This document shows, piece after piece, positions 38,238 to 47,410 of a DNA stretch of 64,000 nucleotides. The position numbers were made by a program, and so were the translations under genes. Source of the DNA: Euryarchaeota archaeon UBA58 (lineage in GTDB: Archaea > Thermoplasmatota > Poseidoniia > Poseidoniales > Thalassarchaeaceae); assembly GCA_002498525.1 (NCBI GenBank), contig DAHR01000005.1, forward strand, positions 42,478-106,477, in the 5' to 3' direction. The notes beneath the pieces are model-generated. The model was given only the letters and a program-made list of their open reading frames with translations. It did not search any database and was not told the origin of the DNA. The first letter of the stretch is position 1; each line of letters opens with the position of its first letter.

Positions 38238-40036
38238 ATCATCGCCTCTGGATATTCCATCAGATGCTTGTGGCCCGACTGGATGGTTGCAGCAAGGGCC
38301 ACCGTCTCTGGATATATGCGCTTGAAGAAGACGCGCGCACTGGCCAGTTTGGCTTGATGGAATTCCGAATCGGGTCGCTGGATGCAGACCCTTGCCATCT
38401 TCGCCCACATATAGGCGAGCATGATGTTTCCGAAGTAGCGGCAGTAGTCGGTGGCGCCGGCTGCGAGGAAGTGAGGGTTACCCATCCCCTGACTGACCAT
38501 CAACAGGGTCAGTTGCTGCAATCCTCTGACCCCTTGATGAAGGGGTTTGTTGAATTCGGCCATCTCAGGGATGTCGCGGTTCTCCTCGATGAATTCCACT
38601 AATGGCCACATCAGGAATCGCAAATTTCTGCCAAGATTCTGGGTGATTTTACGGCCTGCGAGATCGAGGGCCTGAATCCCATTCGTGCCTTCCCAGATCT
38701 TCGAAATTCGAACATCACGATAGAACTGCTCAACACCGAATTCACTGCAATATCCAGCACCACCCATGACTTGCATGCAGGTGCTCGTGGTTTCACAACC
38801 CAGATCGGTGAAATGTGCTTTGACTATCGGGGTGAGCAGAGCGATCAGAGCTTTGGCTCGCTCTTGCACCTTCTCATCCTCGCTGTGCATCTGATCGAGC
38901 AGCATTCCGACCCAGACGCCCAGAGCTCTACAGCCTTCGTTGTTGACCTTCGCAGTCAAGAGCATGCGGCGGACGTCAGGGTGTACGAGGATGTTGTCGG
39001 CTGCTGCTGCTGGATCGCGAACGCCGGCCAGATCGCGGCCTTGTCGACGATCGCGCGCCCAGGCGAGGGAATTCTGGTAAGCAATCTCCCCTAGACCCAA
39101 TCCCATCATTCCGGTGGCGAGGCGCTCGCGATTCATCATCTCGAACATCAGTGGCATCCCATTGTTGAGTTCACCGATCAGCCAGCCGACCGAGTCGTCG
39201 AAATTCATCACACAGGTCGGTGATGCGTGGATTCCCATCTTGTGCTCGATGCCTGAACAGGATATGCCGTTACGGGCATCGGCGAGTTCCTGCGAAAGTC
39301 CCTCGAGTCCTCCAGACTCCCATTCCTTCGGCAGGAACTTCGGAACGAGAAAGAGAGAGATTCCCCTCGTGCCCTCGGGAGCGTCGGGCGTCTTCGCGAT
39401 GACCATGTGAACGATGTTATCGGACAGGTCGTGCTCACCTGCGGTGATGAATATCTTCGTCCCAGTGACGCGGTAAGTTCCGTCATCCTGGGGTATCGCT
39501 TTGGTTCGGATTATCCCCAGATCGGTTCCTGCGTGCGGCTCGGTGAGACACATCGTGCCGCACCAAAGACCGGTCGCGAGATTGGCTGAATAGTGATCGA
39601 TGAGTTCGTTCGTGCCGTGACCGGTGACGAGGTCATAGACTCCCAAGCCGAGCGCGGGGACCACCGAGAGAGCCATATTCGTTGATATCGCGAACTCATC
39701 CATGGCGTTTCGGAAGACATGAGGCAACCCCATGCCGCCGTGTTCGGGCTTGCAGATGGCTGCGTACCAACCGGCTTCGACACCTTCTTTCCAGGCATCG
39801 ACGAAGCCTGTCGGCATGGTGACTTCGCCAGCTTTGAAGGTCAGACCCTCCCTGTCGCCTATTTCGTTGAGGGGGAGAAGAACCTCGGTGCAATACTCAC
39901 CCCAACCCTCCATGATCATGCGAACGAAATCGGCGTCGAATTCTTCATGATCGATTCCCGAAATGCTGTCGTAAACGTCGAAAACCTCGTTAAAGAGAAA
40001 TTCGTATTCGGCGTACGGTGGTGTATATTCGACCAT
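38234..40036 (-). CDS. Acyl-CoA dehydrogenase (FadE-like, long form)
   Basis: TMCLTEPHAGTDLG, GTKIFIT.GEH, EHKMGIHASPTC, IWEGTNGIQALDL. Confidence 0.95.
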   Translation of the reverse strand: MVEYTPPYAEYEFLFNEVFDVYDSISGIDHEEFDADFVRMIMEGWGEYCTEVLLPLNEIGDREGLTFKAGEVTMPTGFVDAWKEGVEAGWYAAICKPEHGGMGLPHVFRNAMDEFAISTNMALSVVPALGLGVYDLVTGHGTNELIDHYSANLATGLWCGTMCLTEPHAGTDLGIIRTKAIPQDDGTYRVTGTKIFITAGEHDLSDNIVHMVIAKTPDAPEGTRGISLFLVPKFLPKEWESGGLEGLSQELADARNGISCSGIEHKMGIHASPTCVMNFDDSVGWLIGELNNGMPLMFEMMNRERLATGMMGLGLGEIAYQNSLAWARDRRQGRDLAGVRDPAAAADNILVHPDVRRMLLTAKVNNEGCRALGVWVGMLLDQMHSEDEKVQERAKALIALLTPIVKAHFTDLGCETTSTCMQVMGGAGYCSEFGVEQFYRDVRISKIWEGTNGIQALDLAGRKITQNLGRNLRFLMWPLVEFIEENRDIPEMAEFNKPLHQGVRGLQQLTLLMVSQGMGNPHFLAAGATDYCRYFGNIMLAYMWAKMARVCIQRPDSEFHQAKLASARVFFKRIYPETVALAATIQSGHKHLMEYPEAMM

Positions 40037-40045
40037 TTATTCACC

Positions 40046-42445
40046 TCAATTCCGCAGTGGTTTCCCTTTGCTCACCATGTGCTCCATTCGTGCCAGACTG
40101 GCTTCGTTTCTGGATAGTTTCGAGATCCCAGCGAGTTCCATCTCAAGGATATCGTCCTCGCTGAGCTCGTCGAGAATGTCCGTCTCACCGCCGCTGAGGA
40201 TATGGGCGAGTTCGCCGGTCACGACGATGTCGTGAGGTGTTGCCTTGCCTGAACGCGCGAGGTCTCTGACAGCCATTTCAAGGGCGGCCTTTCCGGTCGG
40301 TCCGGGAAGGTGGTAGGTGTGTGGTTCTGGGGGTTGGTAGTCGACTGCAAGTTCGAGGAGTCGGGATTTCGCGTCGGCGAGCAAGCGGTCTCGATTCATC
40401 GTGACGCGGTCAGTCGGTCGCAAGAACCCCATCTCACGTGCTTGTTCGGCTGATTTGGCGACTTGGGCGGTTCCAATCATCTCGAAGGCTTTCATCACCG
40501 GCCCCATCGGTCCGCGGCTGGCTATTCCGAAATCACGCAGGCGGGCGAGCATCTCCTTGCAGCCGCCCCAGCCTGGTACGATACCGACGCCGACCTCGAC
40601 AAGTCCGATGTAGGATTCTGAATGGGCTTGGACGGCGTCGCAGTGCAGGAGGATCTCACAGCCGCCGCCGACACAGATGCCTGTTGAGGCGGCTACGACT
40701 GGAACTTCGGCGTACTTGAGCGCTTGATAGGCCTCTTGGCCGAGAGCGATGAAATCCTCAACCTCCTTCCATGCGGCGAGGTTGGCGGCGAAGAGGGCGA
40801 GGCCGAGATTGGCGCCGGCGCTGAAATTCTTGGCATCGTTGGCGACCAGAATTCCTTTCCAACCAGCCATTTCAGCGAGGTCGACCGCTTCGAGGATGAT
40901 TTCCAGAATCATCGGGTCCATGGCATTCATCTTCGAGTGGTATTCGATGAGCAGTACCCCATCTCCAGCGTCCCAGAGACTTGCTGAAGGGTTACGGGAG
41001 ATCGCTTTGCCACGCCGCTTGAGATCTGCCACCGTCAGCGTCGAGGCTGGTCGAATTACCTGTACCGATTCTCCTTCGGGAGTAAGTCGGTGGATTTCAC
41101 CGTCCTCGATATGATAGAATCCTCCTTCCTTCGCTGCGAGGGCGAGGAACGGTGGTATCTGTGTGCCTCGAGCTTCTAATCGCGCCACGACATCGACCGC
41201 TCCAAGTGAATCGATGATCTCGAATGGGCCGCGCTTCCAACTGTAGCCTACCTTCATCGCGCCATCGATGGCGGTGATATCATCGCTGACCTCAGGTACC
41301 AGATAGGCTGCGTAGGCGAGGGTGTCGAGTAGCACATCGGCGACGAATGCGGCGCCGGCATCGTGGTGGTCGAGCAAGCGGTCGAGGCCTTGTTTTGCCA
41401 TCTTGGCTGAGGCGAATGCAGCCTTGCGATTGGCTTTCTGGTATTCGCCAGTATTGAGATTACGAGCCTCTTTGACCCGTCCACCGTCGTCGGTATTGAG
41501 TCGGTAGAATCCACCCTTGCCCTTGCGGCCAGTGTAGCCCTCCTCGATCATCGCCCGGATGACGTCGTCGCCTGCACCAGCTATCGAATGGAATGGGTCG
41601 TCTGGTTGCAGGTGTGCGAGCATGCTCTCCATGACATGAGGGATGAGATCGATTCCAACAAGATCCATCAGACCGAAGACAGCCGTCTTGGGCAGGCCAA
41701 TCGGACGGCCGAGCATGGCATCTGCCTGCTCGACGCTGAAGCCATGATCCAGCGTAGCCACAATAGCTCGTTGCACGAAATACACACCGAGTCTGTTGCC
41801 GATGAAACCCGGCGTGTCATTACACATCGTCACCCGCTTGCCAAGACCCAGGTCGGCGAATTCAGTGAAGCGGTTCAGCACATCATCGTCGACCTCGGGA
41901 CCTGCTACGACTTCGAGCAAGGGGAGATAGCGAGGTGGGTTGAAGAAGTGGGTGATGAGGAATCGACTTGCGATGTCGTGAGGCATTCCGTGAGTCAGGG
42001 CCGAGCGCGGCAGCGTTGAGGTGTTCGAGGAGAGAATCGTCCTGGCTCCAAGATGTTCGGCGAGGTTCACGTAGAGATTCCTTTTGATTTCGAGGTTCTC
42101 GATGATGACTTCCACCACCCAATCGAATTCCTTCAGTCGAGGCAGGTCATCTTCGATGTTTCCAGCTGAAATGCGCTCGACTGAGTCCTTGTGCATCAGC
42201 ATCTCAGGATTTGATTTCAGCATTCTATAGATTGCTCCAGAAGCCAGTTCGTCGCGATTCTCAGCACCTTTCGGGACGATGTCCAGCAGTAGAACCTCAC
42301 ATCCTGCGTTGGCGCAATGAGCTGCGATCCCAGCGCCCATCACTCCACTGCCGATTACCGCGACTCTCTCGATGCCCATCTTCTTCGATTCAGCAACGGC
42401 TGTCGCCGACTCGTCATTCTCAGAATCGACGGTTCGCTGAGCCAT
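40046..42445 (-). CDS. fadN: 3-hydroxyacyl-CoA dehydrogenase / enoyl-CoA hydratase (FadN-like)
   Basis: GSGVMGAGIA, SSNTS, HFFNPPRY, FIGNR; C-terminal crotonase FSAGANL, GGGCE, GLVEVGVG. Confidence 0.92.
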   Translation of the reverse strand: MAQRTVDSENDESATAVAESKKMGIERVAVIGSGVMGAGIAAHCANAGCEVLLLDIVPKGAENRDELASGAIYRMLKSNPEMLMHKDSVERISAGNIEDDLPRLKEFDWVVEVIIENLEIKRNLYVNLAEHLGARTILSSNTSTLPRSALTHGMPHDIASRFLITHFFNPPRYLPLLEVVAGPEVDDDVLNRFTEFADLGLGKRVTMCNDTPGFIGNRLGVYFVQRAIVATLDHGFSVEQADAMLGRPIGLPKTAVFGLMDLVGIDLIPHVMESMLAHLQPDDPFHSIAGAGDDVIRAMIEEGYTGRKGKGGFYRLNTDDGGRVKEARNLNTGEYQKANRKAAFASAKMAKQGLDRLLDHHDAGAAFVADVLLDTLAYAAYLVPEVSDDITAIDGAMKVGYSWKRGPFEIIDSLGAVDVVARLEARGTQIPPFLALAAKEGGFYHIEDGEIHRLTPEGESVQVIRPASTLTVADLKRRGKAISRNPSASLWDAGDGVLLIEYHSKMNAMDPMILEIILEAVDLAEMAGWKGILVANDAKNFSAGANLGLALFAANLAAWKEVEDFIALGQEAYQALKYAEVPVVAASTGICVGGGCEILLHCDAVQAHSESYIGLVEVGVGIVPGWGGCKEMLARLRDFGIASRGPMGPVMKAFEMIGTAQVAKSAEQAREMGFLRPTDRVTMNRDRLLADAKSRLLELAVDYQPPEPHTYHLPGPTGKAALEMAVRDLARSGKATPHDIVVTGELAHILSGGETDILDELSEDDILEMELAGISKLSRNEASLARMEHMVSKGKPLRN

Positions 42446-42458
42446 TGGCAATCCTCCT

Positions 42459-43595
42459 TCAATCGATCCTCTCGAGAATCGTCGCGATGCCTTGACCACC
42501 GCCCACACACATGGTCGCCAAAGCTCGCTTGGCTCCACTGCGCTGGAGTAAAGAGGCGGCTTTTCCCGTGATTCGAGCACCGCTCGCCCCCAATGGATGT
42601 CCCAGAGCGATGGCTCCTCCGTCGATGTTGACCTTGGATTGGTCCAAACCCAATTCCTCGATGACTGCGAGTGATTGGGCTGCGAAGGCTTCGTTGAGTT
42701 CGATGATGTCAATGTCATCGAGGGTCAGTCCGGCCCGCTCGAGGGCTTTGTTGGTCGCTTCGACGGGGCCGATGCCCATGATTTCGGGGGCGCAGCCGGA
42801 GACTGCCGTTGTGACGATGCGCGCTAGAGGTCTCAGCCCATGCTGCTTGGCGAATTCATCGCTGCAGACGAGGACGAAGGCTGCGCCATCGGTGAGTGGC
42901 GAAGCGGTGCCCGCTGTGACTGAGCCTGTTGAATCGAAGGCTGGTTTGAGTCCGGCTAGAGTCTCAGCATCGGTGTCGGGGCGGATGCAGCCGTCAGCAT
43001 CGACGATGCCGTCTGAAGTTTCGATCGGCACTATCTCCTCTGAGAACGAACCGCCCTCGCGCGCAGCGCTCGCGCGCGCTTGGCTTTCGATTGCGAAAGC
43101 CTCCTGGGCTTCGCGATTAATCTCATATTTCACCGCCAGATTCTCAGCTGTGATTCCCATCGAAATCAGCGCCTCCGGCGCTTCTTCGGCCAACTTCGGG
43201 TTCGGCATCGGATTGAATCCGGTCATTGGAATCCGACTCATCGACTCGATGCCACCAGCGATGAAGGCCTCACCAGCCCCCATCGCAATCCGGCCAGCCG
43301 CATCGTGAATCGCCTGCATGCTCGAGCCGCAGAATCGATTGATTGTGACTCCCGGGACGGTTTCGGGTAATTCGGTCAGGAAGGTGATCATTCGAGCCAT
43401 ATTGAAGCCCTGTTCAGCCTCGGGAAACGCGGTCCCGACAATAATGTCCTCAACCAGAGCAGGGTCGATATCCAACTTCTGGAGAAGTCCGTTGACGACC
43501 GTTGCGGCGATGTCGTCAGGCCGTGTTCGGGCGAGTGCACCCCTGCCTGCGGGGGTGAAAGGCGAGCGTGCGTATCCAGCGATGACCGTACTCAT
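42459..43595 (-). CDS. fadA: Acetyl-CoA C-acyltransferase (thiolase)
   Basis: NRFCGSS, NEAFA, GHPLGASG, CVGGGQG. Confidence 0.95.
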   Translation of the reverse strand: MSTVIAGYARSPFTPAGRGALARTRPDDIAATVVNGLLQKLDIDPALVEDIIVGTAFPEAEQGFNMARMITFLTELPETVPGVTINRFCGSSMQAIHDAAGRIAMGAGEAFIAGGIESMSRIPMTGFNPMPNPKLAEEAPEALISMGITAENLAVKYEINREAQEAFAIESQARASAAREGGSFSEEIVPIETSDGIVDADGCIRPDTDAETLAGLKPAFDSTGSVTAGTASPLTDGAAFVLVCSDEFAKQHGLRPLARIVTTAVSGCAPEIMGIGPVEATNKALERAGLTLDDIDIIELNEAFAAQSLAVIEELGLDQSKVNIDGGAIALGHPLGASGARITGKAASLLQRSGAKRALATMCVGGGQGIATILERID

Positions 43596-43837
43596 GCAGT
43601 CAATCAACACCCCGTGCAATAATTAAACCGTGAAGTGATAATAATCACAACAACTTCCGTTTGAAGCAGCCAGTGCATTTCATCACACCGCTGCAATGCA
43701 ACGATTTGTTGTGAATGCATGGTGATTTACTTCCACATTCCGGAAACCGGCAAGATGCCGCCGTTTGCCGTTGGAATCATGCGCTGGAACCGTACCTTGA
43801 TGGTCATATGCCCCTCCTCCCTCACTGAGGTGATGTT

Positions 43838-44170
43838 TTGTCAGAGGATACAATAGGGCGCGTCGACCGATATTTCCGCAAAGTCGGTGTCGCGGCTCTC
43901 GAATTACAAGGGCCACTTTCAGTGGGTGATAGAATCAGGATAGTAGGTGCGACGACGGATCTTGAGATCGTCGTCGAATCGATGCAGATCGACTTGAAAC
44001 CGGTCGAGGAGGCGGGTACCGGCGATGATATTGGAATCAAGGTCCCCGAGAGGGTGCGACCCAATGATCGGGTCATTCGCTTGGCAGCCGAATCCGGTGG
44101 CATCGATCTGCGAATCGTTCTGGGTATTGCGGCGGCGCTCGTCGCCGCCTATCTGTTGCTGGGCTTGTAG
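43838..44170 (+). CDS. Translation-factor-like beta-barrel protein with C-terminal TM helix
   Basis: IG.V..YF.KVGVA..L...LSVGD.I.I.G..TD...VESMQID...GIKV..RVR..D.V; hydrophobic tail. Confidence 0.75.
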   Translation: MSEDTIGRVDRYFRKVGVAALELQGPLSVGDRIRIVGATTDLEIVVESMQIDLKPVEEAGTGDDIGIKVPERVRPNDRVIRLAAESGGIDLRIVLGIAAALVAAYLLLGL

Positions 44171-44200
44171 GGCTAAACGAACGAGTCGGGCGGACCGAAC

Positions 44201-45532
44201 TCAGTAGCGGGTCTGGTGTTTGCGTTGTTTACGGCTTTGGCCACGGCCTGAACGCCGGCCATTGCGTGCACCATTGGACTGCTGATTTGATTTGCCATTC
44301 GAGCGGTTGCCATTGGATTTGCCATTGCGAGGCTGGCGGCGGCCACGGCCACGATTCTGCTGCTTCTTGGGCGCCTTGTTGCCCTTGCATGACCGAGCCT
44401 TTTCGGAGTGGAAAGGTTGGTCCTCATCAACAGGGATGTCCTGACGAATCGTCTTCTCGATGCCACGCAGATACTCACCTTCGTTCTCATCGCAGAAAGC
44501 AATGGCGATTCCCCCTTGACCTGCACGTCCCGTGCGTCCAATGCGGTGCACATAGACATCAGGCTCGTTGGGTAGATCCAGATTGATGACGTGGCTGATG
44601 TCGGAGACATCGATGCCGCGGCTCGCTACGTCGGTGGCGACTAGTACCTGAAGGGTACCGTTGCGGAAACGACCGAGGGCCTTCTCACGCGCTCCCTGAC
44701 TCTTGTTTCCGTGGATAGCGAGGGCATCGATACCGTCTTGTCCGAGCTGCTTGACAATGCGATTGCAACCGTGCTTGGTGCGACTGAATACGAGCACCTT
44801 CTCGGGGCTCTCCTCCTCGATAATGTAGGTCAAGAGGCCACGCTTGTCGCCCTTCATGACGAACATCAGTGATTGTTCAATAGCTTCGACGGTGGCCGAT
44901 TCAGGTGTGATTGAGACGCTTACCGGGTCGTAGAGCATATCACGGGACAATTCAACAATCGAGCGCGGCATGGTGGCACTGAACAGCAGACTCTGGCGAT
45001 CCTCTGGAATTTGTGCGAGAATTTTGCGGATGTCCCGGATGAAACCCATGTCGAGCATTCGATCCGCCTCATCGAGAACGAGGAATTGCACGTGGGACAA
45101 GTCAACGTATCCCTGAGAGATGAGGTCAAGCAAGCGACCGGGAGTGGCGACCAGGATGTCAACGCCGCGGCGTAATTTGTTCACCTGTGGACGCTGCGAT
45201 ACTCCTCCAAACATGACCATCGAACGGATGTCGAGGTGTCGAGCGTATTGCTTGATATTGTCGTTAATCTGGGATGCGAGCTCGCGCGTCGGACATAGTA
45301 TCAAAGCGTGGATGTGGCGTAAGCCCGCCTGCGGATCTTCGGCCATCGCATCGAGGATTGGTAAGGCGAAAGCGGCGGTCTTTCCCGTGCCCGTCTGGGC
45401 GCAACCAACCATGTCCCGGCCTACAATGAGGTCGGGGATGGCTTGGGCTTGAATCGGTGTTGGCGTGACGTAACCAATCTCGTCGAGGGCATCCAGCAGT
45501 GGCTGGCAGAGATTCAGAGAAGCGAAATCCAT
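44201..45532 (-). CDS. DEAD-box RNA helicase (RhlE-like)
   Basis: Q motif, AQTGTGKT, PTRELA, DEAD, SAT, HRIGRTGRAG; basic tail. Confidence 0.95.
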   Translation of the reverse strand: MDFASLNLCQPLLDALDEIGYVTPTPIQAQAIPDLIVGRDMVGCAQTGTGKTAAFALPILDAMAEDPQAGLRHIHALILCPTRELASQINDNIKQYARHLDIRSMVMFGGVSQRPQVNKLRRGVDILVATPGRLLDLISQGYVDLSHVQFLVLDEADRMLDMGFIRDIRKILAQIPEDRQSLLFSATMPRSIVELSRDMLYDPVSVSITPESATVEAIEQSLMFVMKGDKRGLLTYIIEEESPEKVLVFSRTKHGCNRIVKQLGQDGIDALAIHGNKSQGAREKALGRFRNGTLQVLVATDVASRGIDVSDISHVINLDLPNEPDVYVHRIGRTGRAGQGGIAIAFCDENEGEYLRGIEKTIRQDIPVDEDQPFHSEKARSCKGNKAPKKQQNRGRGRRQPRNGKSNGNRSNGKSNQQSNGARNGRRSGRGQSRKQRKHQTRY

Positions 45533-45537
45533 GCGAA

Positions 45538-46770
45538 TCACTCCATATGTGCTATGATTGCAGCACCGAACTCACTGCACTTGAGCAGGGTCGCATCGTC
45601 CATCTGGCGTTCGAAGTCGTAGGTCACGGTCTTGGCCAAAATCGTACCTTCCATTCCCTTGACGATGAGGTCGGCGGCCTCTGTCCAGCCCATGTGTCGG
45701 AGCATCATCTCCGCCGACAGAATCAGGCTGCCAGGGTTGACCTTGTCTTGGCCTGCATACTTCGGGGCCGTTCCGTGTGTTGCTTCGAAAATTGAAATCC
45801 CGGTGTCGTAATTGATATTCGCGCCAGGCGCGATTCCGATTCCGCCAACCTGAGCCGCGAGCGCGTCGGAGATGTAATCGCCATTGAGATTCGTCGTCGT
45901 CAATACATCATATTCGCGCGGGCGCGTGAGAATCTGTTGCAACATCGCGTCGGCGATGACATCCTTGACGGTGATTGTATTGCCAGTCTCTGGATTCTCA
46001 AAAGTACACCAGGGGCCACCGTCGAGTTCGACTGCGCCGAATTCGTCTTTGGCGAGTTGGTAAGCCCAATCGCGGAATCCGCCCTCGGTGAATTTCATGA
46101 TGTTGCCTTTGTGAACTAGAGTCACCGAATCCTTGTCATTGTCAATCGCGTACCGAAGAGCTGCACGGACGATTCTTGCAGTTCCCTCTTGGCTTATCGG
46201 TTTGATTCCGATGCCGCTGGTCGCTGGGAACCTGATCTTCTCGACACCCATCTCATTCTGCAGGAAATCTATCACCTTCTGCACTTCTGCGCTCCCCGCC
46301 TCCCATTCGATTCCTGCGTAGACATCCTCGGTGTTCTCGCGGAAGATAATCATGTCAACCGCACCAGGGTCGCGCACAGGACTTGGAGTTCCTTCGTACC
46401 AACGAATTGGCCGGACACATGCGAAGAGGTCGAGTTGTTGTCGCAGGGCAACGTTCAGTGAACGGATTCCGCCGCCGACGGGGGTAGTGAGTGGGCCTTT
46501 GATCGAGACCAATCCGATCCGCATCGCTTCCAGCGTCTCGGCTGGCATCCACTCGCCGGTCGCATCGAATGCCTTCTGACCGGCTAGGACCTCATTCCAG
46601 TGGATTCGACGAGTGCCGCCATAAGCGCGCTCGATAGCAGCGTCGACAACTTCGATCATCACAGGAGTGATATCGACGCCGATTCCATCCCCCTCGATGT
46701 AGTGGACGATGGGGTCATCGGGCACGCTCAGGCGGCCTTCCACCATCGATACTCGGGTACCCTCGACCAT
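45538..46770 (-). CDS. icd: NADP-dependent isocitrate dehydrogenase
   Basis: [51 protein letters not shown]. Confidence 0.96.
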   Translation of the reverse strand: MVEGTRVSMVEGRLSVPDDPIVHYIEGDGIGVDITPVMIEVVDAAIERAYGGTRRIHWNEVLAGQKAFDATGEWMPAETLEAMRIGLVSIKGPLTTPVGGGIRSLNVALRQQLDLFACVRPIRWYEGTPSPVRDPGAVDMIIFRENTEDVYAGIEWEAGSAEVQKVIDFLQNEMGVEKIRFPATSGIGIKPISQEGTARIVRAALRYAIDNDKDSVTLVHKGNIMKFTEGGFRDWAYQLAKDEFGAVELDGGPWCTFENPETGNTITVKDVIADAMLQQILTRPREYDVLTTTNLNGDYISDALAAQVGGIGIAPGANINYDTGISIFEATHGTAPKYAGQDKVNPGSLILSAEMMLRHMGWTEAADLIVKGMEGTILAKTVTYDFERQMDDATLLKCSEFGAAIIAHME

Positions 46771-46842
46771 GTCTCTCAGCGCGCCGACCAACCCCCCCTT
46801 CATGAAGCCGACCCCCTTAGCATACGACGTAGAGGGGCGAGT

Positions 46843-47235
46843 ATGAAGGGCGTAGTGCGGTGGACTGGTGGCGAAGAGATCGAAGGTATCGCAGAAACCG
46901 GAATCATCACTCCGATGCATGGAGAGGTATCTGCGAGTCCGATGCAGATCGTTCTGCAGGCGCATGGTGCATGTTCTCTCGTCGATATCATCGGCGGACT
47001 CAAGCAGAGGATGGCCAATGTCAGAGCGATGTGGATAGAACTGGATTCTGAGCGACGCGAAGAACCGCCCCGTTCATTCACTGCAGTTCGGATGCGATAC
47101 ATCATCGAGGGCGACGTCCCAGAGAAATTGGTCCGTCGGTTGATTGAACAGAGTCATGCGAAGTATTGTTCGGTCGGAGCTATGATTTCGGGGTCGGGCG
47201 CCAGTGTGGAATGGGAACTGGAAATCAGACCGTGA
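46843..47235 (+). CDS. OsmC-family protein
   Basis: SPMQ.VL.A.GAC, EPPRSFT, KYCSV. Confidence 0.85.
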   Translation: MKGVVRWTGGEEIEGIAETGIITPMHGEVSASPMQIVLQAHGACSLVDIIGGLKQRMANVRAMWIELDSERREEPPRSFTAVRMRYIIEGDVPEKLVRRLIEQSHAKYCSVGAMISGSGASVEWELEIRP

Positions 47236-47320
47236 CCTGTATTATTTAACCGATGATGATGACTCGGATTTCTCAAATCCCGAAGTAAATCCCCTCTCGG
47301 AGAGATGGTATCAAACTCAA

Positions 47321-47405
47321 TTATTAAACACCCTCCATCAGCACAGAAGAATCCTTCGCGCGAAGGAAGCAGTAGAATCGAGACGGGTAATTGATTCAGA
47401 GGTGA
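47321..47405 (+). promoter_or_regulatory. Putative nrdJ promoter region: TATA-like box, 16-bp palindrome, SD
   Basis: TTATTAAA 47321-47328; TCCTTCGCGCGAAGGA 47352-47367; GAGGTGA 47399-47405. Confidence 0.5.
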
Positions 47406-47410
47406 ATAGA

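Noticed and set aside
42446..42718. N-terminal extension of FadN, and similar long extensions of moaA, PAC2, icd, nrdJ, NMO and the hydrolase in the ORF track
   Set aside because: They overlap neighbouring real genes; downstream starts fit family N-termini.
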